Shown: positions 44,753 through 49,914 of the stretch, piece after piece
Numbering within the stretch: position 1 is the stretch's first letter
Layout of the letters: every line of letters begins with the position of its first letter
Source: an uncultured bacterium
GTDB taxonomy: Bacteria > Patescibacteriota > Minisyncoccia > Phycocordibacterales > UBA2163
DNA length: 49,914 bases
Assembly (NCBI GenBank): GCA_913041175.1
Contig: CAJWGW010000001.1
Coordinates: 1-49,914, forward strand
Direction of reading: 5' to 3'
Position numbers and translations under genes: made by a program
Notes under the pieces: model-generated
Database searches by the model: none
What the model saw: the letters and a program-made list of their open reading frames with translations, nothing else
What the model was told of the DNA's origin: nothing

Positions 44753-45172
44753 CTATGGCGTTAGCGTGTTTCCACATCCTTGTGAGTAGTTTTCTATAGT
44801 ATTTGTTTCAAGACAGAAAGATACTATATAAGTATCACCGTTTGAACTTGATTGATATGTATATACAGTTGTAGGATGAGTTGGATCTGTAGGAGTTTCA
44901 GATATTGCTCCCTCAGCTTCAAGCGCTGTCGATACTGCATCATCACTTGTAATTGTTATAGCTGTTGTTTCAATCGGGAAACTACCTGTGTCAACTGTAT
45001 AGAGAGCAAGAGCTTTGGATATCTCACGCACGTCAGACATTCTTTGTGAGTCACGAGCTTTTTGTCTCGCATCTCCTGTTAGGGCAAGTACTGCTGAAAA
45101 CAGCATTGCTATAATTGCAAGTGAGACAAGTAACTCTACAATTGTAAAACCTCTTATTTTTTGTATTTTCAT
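44753..45172 (-). CDS. type IV pilin-like protein (prepilin N-terminal cleavage/methylation domain)
   Basis: MKIQKIRG/FTIVELLVSLAIIAMLF, the class III signal peptide with invariant Glu5. Confidence 0.88.
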   Translation of the reverse strand: MKIQKIRGFTIVELLVSLAIIAMLFSAVLALTGDARQKARDSQRMSDVREISKALALYTVDTGSFPIETTAITITSDDAVSTALEAEGAISETPTDPTHPTTVYTYQSSSNGDTYIVSFCLETNTIENYSQGCGNTLTP

Positions 45173-45250
45173 ATATATATTTTATCACAGGGTATTTTGA
45201 GCACAACTTTATTTTGTGGAATTCTTGTGCGTATGATATAAAGTATAAAT

Positions 45251-46414
45251 ATGGGCAAAATTGAGAGAAAAAAAGACATACTTCTTACTATTCCATTTTT
45301 CATAATTCTTATTTTCGGGGCTTTAATGGGGTATTTTTCTTTCGTTGAAGCGTTTGAAAAAGCAAGAGCTATTGGTATAGATGAGATATCAAGGCGAGCG
45401 GATGATCTTCCATCGCCGATTACAAGAGATTATAAAGAGCGGGTCAAAGTAGAACTTGAGGTTGTCTCAAGTATAGCGGAATTTGACGAAGGAAAAACAT
45501 TTGAATATTGGACATTTAACAGGCAAATTCCAGGACCATTTGTTCGTGTAAGACAGGGGGATACAGTTGAAGTTCAATTGACGCATATTCACAAAGATTC
45601 ACCTATGAAAGGCCACTCACATGATCTTTCCCGCATCCGATCAAATCCACAAGATGTTCACATAAAAGCTGGTCATGGGGAACACTCAGTTGATTTTCAT
45701 GCAGTGCTTGGTTTTATGGGTGGTGCAGATTTAATAAAGGTTGCACCAGGGGAGACGAAGTCATTTGAGTTTAAAACAACACGCCCTGGTATTTATATTT
45801 ATCACTGCGGAAGTTCTCATGTCCCAACACATCTTGCGCGTGGAATGTACGGTATGATTTTAGTTGAACCAGAAGGGGGACTGTCGAAAGTAGACAAAGA
45901 ATATTATGTAATGCAGGGAGAACTTTATACAGAAGGTGATTTAGGAGATATGGGATTTCAAAAATTAAGTAAGAAAAAATTATTAAAAGAACAGCCAGAA
46001 TATTATATCTTTAACGGAAGAGTTGGAGCACTTACTGGAGACAATGCACTTACTTCAAATATTGGAGAAACTGTAAGAATATTTTTTGGCAATAGCGGGC
46101 AAAATATTTCAAGTTTTCATATAATAGGAGGAATTTTTGACAAGGTATATTCACAGGGCGATATTACATCACCTCCTCTTAAAAATGTGCAAACCACACT
46201 TGTTCCTGCAGGAGGCGCTGTTGTAGTTGAAACAAAGACGGAGGTTCCGGGGATACTACGCTTAGTTGACCATGCTCTTACAAGAGCAATTGATAGAGGT
46301 GCAATAGGCGAGCTTATAGTTTCGGGAGAAGACAGGCCGGATCTTATAAAAGCTTTAGAATCAAGGGATAATATGAATATGAATATGAATATGGATATGG
46401 ATATGCCACAATAG
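45251..46414 (+). CDS. nirK: copper-containing nitrite reductase (NirK-like two-domain cupredoxin), membrane-anchored
   Basis: N-terminal TM segment. HSVDFH (T1/T2 Cu His residues plus catalytic Asp), YHCGSSHVPTHLARGM (Cys-His-Met T1 ligands) and FHIIGGIFDKVY (T2 His). Also carries a His-rich insert and an NM/DM repeat tail. Confidence 0.8.
   Translation: MGKIERKKDILLTIPFFIILIFGALMGYFSFVEAFEKARAIGIDEISRRADDLPSPITRDYKERVKVELEVVSSIAEFDEGKTFEYWTFNRQIPGPFVRVRQGDTVEVQLTHIHKDSPMKGHSHDLSRIRSNPQDVHIKAGHGEHSVDFHAVLGFMGGADLIKVAPGETKSFEFKTTRPGIYIYHCGSSHVPTHLARGMYGMILVEPEGGLSKVDKEYYVMQGELYTEGDLGDMGFQKLSKKKLLKEQPEYYIFNGRVGALTGDNALTSNIGETVRIFFGNSGQNISSFHIIGGIFDKVYSQGDITSPPLKNVQTTLVPAGGAVVVETKTEVPGILRLVDHALTRAIDRGAIGELIVSGEDRPDLIKALESRDNMNMNMNMDMDMPQ
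46370..46405 (+). repeat. hexanucleotide microsatellite (AATATG)4(GATATG)2 inside the nirK 3' end
   Basis: Encodes NMNMNMNMDMDM just before the stop. Confidence 0.95.
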
Positions 46415-46510
46415 GATAACTTTATTGCCCCGATTGATAACAGTATGAGATAATCTATATAATACTTGGGTCGAAAATAATTGTTAAGTAATATTCAAAG
46501 TTTTGTATTT

Positions 46511-46966
46511 ATGAATAGTATTTCAAAATTAAAATCAATTGTTATCGCTGTTATTATTATCGACTTGATTTTAGTATTTCCGGTAATGCTTTCTTATGAG
46601 AAAGTTGGTACATTTTTTAATGTAAGCTCAAACGGAATACCTGAAGTGTTCGTAACTCTTTTAGTAGAGATTACACTTCTTGTTATAACAGCATTAGTGG
46701 CATATTTGGTAGCACGCATATTTAAAGGAACCGCATTTCAGTCAGCGTTTTACTTTATAGCATGGGGAGTATTGCTATATGGTATAGGTGACACACACAT
46801 TCTTATCTGGATGTACACAGGAGTAGAATCATTTCCTTCATTCTTAGGACCAGCAGGGTCATCAATTGCACACGCACTTGGTGTAGGATTTGGGTTTATC
46901 CTTGTAATCCTAGGATTGTATAAACTTGCGAAAGCTCGCAATAAAATAAGTGGGAGAGCAGTGTAA
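46511..46966 (+). CDS. hypothetical polytopic membrane protein
   Basis: Four to five TM helices. Own promoter (TTGATA 46434-46439, TATAAT 46458-46463) and a terminator at about 46992-47025. A TTG at 46481 is also in frame. Confidence 0.6.
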   Translation: MNSISKLKSIVIAVIIIDLILVFPVMLSYEKVGTFFNVSSNGIPEVFVTLLVEITLLVITALVAYLVARIFKGTAFQSAFYFIAWGVLLYGIGDTHILIWMYTGVESFPSFLGPAGSSIAHALGVGFGFILVILGLYKLAKARNKISGRAV

Positions 46967-47065
46967 TTTACTTCTAGTTTTAAATGTTCAAAATACACAC
47001 AACGATATGTTGTGTGTATTTTGTTTCGGAAAAGTGTCTTTTTATGATAGATTTAATATATCAAC

Positions 47066-48307
47066 ATGAGAAAAAATAATATTTATTTAATAATAGTAGG
47101 AGTATTTGCATTTGGAATTATAAATGGGGCAGTGTTTTATTTTTATCCCGGTAATTTTTCAACGATTGCTTACATAAGTTTTCTAGTAATACCGCTTGTT
47201 GTTGCAATTATAATTATATTTACAAAATTCTCCTTTCTATTTACCTCGCGGATTTCAGAACAAGAAGATGAAAAAAAACTACTTCGCGAACGCCAAAGGG
47301 AAATAGTTGAGAATATGGTGGAAGGGCTTGTTGTTCATGATAAATTAGGGAAAATCCTTACAGTCAACAGCACAGCAGAGAAATTCTTGAAGGTACCTAG
47401 CTCTGAGATTCTATATAGAAATTTCACTGAAATATCAAAGAAATCCTCTTTACTTAAGGCTATATTTGAGGAATTTGATTCTAATGATGAGATGGAACAT
47501 TCGTTTAAAGACAAATATGGAAAAGAGTATGTGTTTAAAATAATAAGTGTAAAGTTGAGTGAAGAAAGAGGTGAAATACTGAAAATAATACGAAATATTT
47601 CAAGAGAGAAATATTTGGACAGAATGAAATCGGAATATTTGACGATAATGTCACATAAATTTTTGACGCCTCTGAATGAAATAAAATGGACAGCCCCAAG
47701 TCTTTTGGAAGGTGGTATTAAAGATGACGATAAGAATAGATTTATCAAAAACATAATAAACAGCACTGATAAACTGATAGAGCTTACGTCGCTTCTTCTA
47801 CGTATTACTGAAATGGAGGAAGGAAGTTTTGGATATAAATTAGGGCCTGTTAATATACAAACGATTGTTGAGAGTGCAGTTAAGGACAGGAAAGATGATG
47901 CTAAAGAAAAGAAAATATCAATGGTGTTTCATAAACCAGATACTTCAGTCCCAAATATTACAGCAGACAAAGACAGAATAAAAGTTGTTGTTGATAATTT
48001 TATAGATAATGCAATAAAATATACTCTGGCTGGAGGTGAAATAAACATTCAATTAGAAAAAGATGACAAAGATATAAAATTCAGTGTTAAAGACAATGGT
48101 ATTGGAATTTCAAAGAAAGTGCAGTCAGATATATTTTCAAAATTTACCAGAGACAAGAGAGCTAAAGAAATGTACACAGAAGGTTCCGGACTAGGCCTTT
48201 TCATAGCAAAAAATATAATTGAAGAACATAGAGGTAAAATTGGATTTACAAGTGCAGATACAGGTGGTTCAACATTTTTCTTCACGCTTCCCAAAACTCA
48301 AAAGTAG
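47066..48307 (+). CDS. sensor histidine kinase (2 TM, PAS-like, HisKA, HATPase_c)
   Basis: H-box MSHKFLTPLNEI, N-box DNFIDNAIKYT, G1 VKDNGIGI, G2 GSGLGLFIAKNI. Confidence 0.9.
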   Translation: MRKNNIYLIIVGVFAFGIINGAVFYFYPGNFSTIAYISFLVIPLVVAIIIIFTKFSFLFTSRISEQEDEKKLLRERQREIVENMVEGLVVHDKLGKILTVNSTAEKFLKVPSSEILYRNFTEISKKSSLLKAIFEEFDSNDEMEHSFKDKYGKEYVFKIISVKLSEERGEILKIIRNISREKYLDRMKSEYLTIMSHKFLTPLNEIKWTAPSLLEGGIKDDDKNRFIKNIINSTDKLIELTSLLLRITEMEEGSFGYKLGPVNIQTIVESAVKDRKDDAKEKKISMVFHKPDTSVPNITADKDRIKVVVDNFIDNAIKYTLAGGEINIQLEKDDKDIKFSVKDNGIGISKKVQSDIFSKFTRDKRAKEMYTEGSGLGLFIAKNIIEEHRGKIGFTSADTGGSTFFFTLPKTQK

Positions 48308-48329
48308 GAAGTAAAAATTGTTTAATTTT

Positions 48330-48689
48330 TTATGACAAAAAAGTTAAAACTTTTTCAATAATATTTTCAGGTGTACTTTGCGCTTTCACTATATAATCTT
48401 TTGCACCGAGTGATTTTGCTTTATCAACACTTTCTTTATCGTAAAGATTTGAAACAACAATTATTGGCGGAGCATTTGTATCATCTTTTATTTTTTCCAA
48501 AAGTTCAAACCCATGAAGTTCAGGTAATACAAGATCAAGTAATACAAGATCAAAAGCTCCAGTTTTTATTTTTTTAAGAGCATTCTCTCCGTTGGTTGAT
48601 ATGTCGATATCAAAACCTTTTTTCTTACATTCTTTTGCAAGCATCTCCAGAAGAAAATTGTCGTCTTCTACTATTAATATTTTAGCCAT
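48330..48689 (-). CDS. stand-alone response regulator receiver protein
   Basis: KILIVEDD, FDLVLLDLVLPELHG (phospho-acceptor Asp), VVSN, K at AKDYIVK. No output domain. Confidence 0.9.
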   Translation of the reverse strand: MAKILIVEDDNFLLEMLAKECKKKGFDIDISTNGENALKKIKTGAFDLVLLDLVLPELHGFELLEKIKDDTNAPPIIVVSNLYDKESVDKAKSLGAKDYIVKAQSTPENIIEKVLTFLS

Positions 48690-48856
48690 GCTTTTATTGT
48701 AGTTTATTTTTGTGAGGGTGGCAATTACCTATTTTTTAGATCTGAATTTTTTTAAGAAATCATCAGAACTTCCCATTTTGTATGCTATCGTGCCCCATAT
48801 ATCCAAAATTAAAAACGAAGCGGCAACTACAATAAACAATATTATATTATGTAAAT

Positions 48857-48904
48857 AAAAAATACAACCGTGAGATCTAAATTAGCATCTCACGGCTGTT
48901 TTTT
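48857..48904. terminator. bidirectional terminator downstream of the gam-like gene
   Basis: CAACCGTGAGAT / ATCTCACGGCTG stem (one mismatch), flanked by an A-run and a T-run. Confidence 0.75.
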
Positions 48905-48913
48905 GATTGTCCA

Positions 48914-49462
48914 CTATTTTACTTTAGTGGATTTTTTGAGTTTCTTGGTGTTTGTTACAATCTCCAACTCCAACTCATTGGGCTTTGCCAAAAACTCTTC
49001 ATGTTGACCAATTGATACACCCTTGATCGTCTCCGCCATGTCAGATTCCTTGAGCATCGCCTCTTTGTCCACTTCTTCCTTTATTCTAATGAAACGCTTT
49101 AACTTGAGTGATTTCAATTCTTCCAAAATCGATTTCACATTACGAAGTGAAACAGATTTTGGTGTCATACGCCACCCAAAACTACCGGTAGGCACTTTCA
49201 CTGTTTTAATTTTGCCATCGTTTGTTAGCTCCTTGCGATGAGCTTCAGCAAAAGCGAAAAGTCCACTGATAAGATCTGAGACTTTCTCCTGGGGCAGTTT
49301 TACTTTAGCCATTGCTGATGTTTTCAGCTTATCAACATCATTGTTTAGATCTAATGCGATCGCATCAACTTTACGCTGTTCTTCCCCGATTTTAGCTAAA
49401 AACTTAGCTGCCTCTTGCAAATTATGCGGAACAGGTATTACATCTTTCTTAACTCTAACCAT
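48914..49462 (-). CDS. gam: bacteriophage Mu Gam-like host-nuclease inhibitor protein
   Basis: The coiled N-terminal half, then KTVKVPTGSFGWRMTPKSVSL...FIRIKEEVDKEAM, matches the Mu Gam family pattern as I remember it. Strong SD upstream. Confidence 0.75.
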   Translation of the reverse strand: MVRVKKDVIPVPHNLQEAAKFLAKIGEEQRKVDAIALDLNNDVDKLKTSAMAKVKLPQEKVSDLISGLFAFAEAHRKELTNDGKIKTVKVPTGSFGWRMTPKSVSLRNVKSILEELKSLKLKRFIRIKEEVDKEAMLKESDMAETIKGVSIGQHEEFLAKPNELELEIVTNTKKLKKSTKVK

Positions 49463-49581
49463 TGTTAATCTCCTTTCAGAATAAAAAATTAAAGAACAAT
49501 CTATAAAAAGGGAACTGTTTTCCCTTTCAGAAACTTGAATAAATTCAAATCTCTGAAAGAGAGGCTACAAGAAAGTAGGTT

Positions 49582-49914
49582 TTAAACACTCTCTTTCCTG
49601 TAACCTAAAATTGCAATCATTTCTTCATTTGTTGCAAAAGATCCGGGACCACTGCAACCTACAACCCTGATATGGTGTCTGCCGGTAGGTAAGATTCTAT
49701 ATTCTAATGACTTATTAAGAACTTTCCATCCATTAGTGGTGTATTCAGAGTTATTCTTTGTTCTATTGCCACTATTACCATTTGCAACCCTATTAACTAA
49801 ATAATACCTTTCACCATGATAAACAAAACAATAGGTGCTGAGATTGCTTTTTTTCGCTGAATTCTTTAATGATTTTCTCAGCTCTGTCCTAATACTTCCA
49901 TTTTTCTGTTCAAT
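49582..49914 (-). CDS. hypothetical protein, 5'-truncated by the window edge
   Basis: Absent from the ORF track because it has no start in the window. An open minus-strand frame runs from the last base to the TAA at 49582-49584 (..YCFVYHGERYYLVNRVANGNSGN..GRHHIRVVGCSGPGSFATNEEMIAILGYRKESV). Two hairpins follow it. Confidence 0.5.
   Translation of the reverse strand: MEQKNGSIRTELRKSLKNSAKKSNLSTYCFVYHGERYYLVNRVANGNSGNRTKNNSEYTTNGWKVLNKSLEYRILPTGRHHIRVVGCSGPGSFATNEEMIAILGYRKESV

Noticed and set aside
48729-48839. Calling the 36-codon hydrophobic frame a gene
   Set aside because: It has no ATG, no SD and no visible promoter or antisense partner. It is mentioned only as a hypothesis within the right-edge finding.

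Overview
AT-rich chromosomal window of about 50 kb with small, tightly packed genes. It uses the standard genetic code: TGA is a stop at the xer/xth and polA/holA junctions.

The window spans the replication-origin region. rnpA and rpmH lie on the minus strand, followed on the plus strand by dnaA, an extremely AT-rich spacer and dnaN.

Most of the content is housekeeping:
- DNA replication, repair and recombination: pcrA/uvrD, xer, xth, ruvC-yebC-ruvB, ruvA, polA, holA, HU.
- RNA and translation: rsmA, rpsO, rpsT, rpmH, rnpA, RNase Y, CCA-adding enzyme, tyrS, tsaE, a SpoU methyltransferase and seven tRNA genes.
- Envelope: PBP1A, a Mur ligase, a LysM-M23 peptidase and MscS.
- Type IV pilus: a PilB-like ATPase and a pilin.
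- Others: ClpP, a copper nitrite reductase (NirK-like) followed by a histidine kinase and a receiver protein, and a phage Mu Gam-like gene at the right edge.

Several features resemble Patescibacteria/CPR (Parcubacteria-like) genomes: a lamin-tail-domain protein, Pro/Thr-rich membrane proteins, a compact YebC and many small secreted proteins. That assignment is inference only; no search was run.

I recognised no defence system, CRISPR array, rRNA gene or intact transposon. The things most worth a second look, in order:
1. A complete tRNA-Gly(UCC) sits between two complementary halves of a second tRNA-like gene (17783-17979).
2. att-like duplications of tRNA 3' ends lie in the Arg/Gly tRNA cluster (13169-13456).
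3. Three structured intergenic elements match no family I know (16116-16220, 24884-24974, 31779-31910).
4. A duplicated promoter plus signal-peptide module drives two unrelated small secreted proteins next to PilB.
5. The NirK-like gene carries a His-rich insert and an (Asn/Asp-Met)n tail.
6. A 10-Cys C-terminal module ends the truncated first ORF.

All calls rest on motif reading by eye. No alignments, covariance models or folding programs were run.
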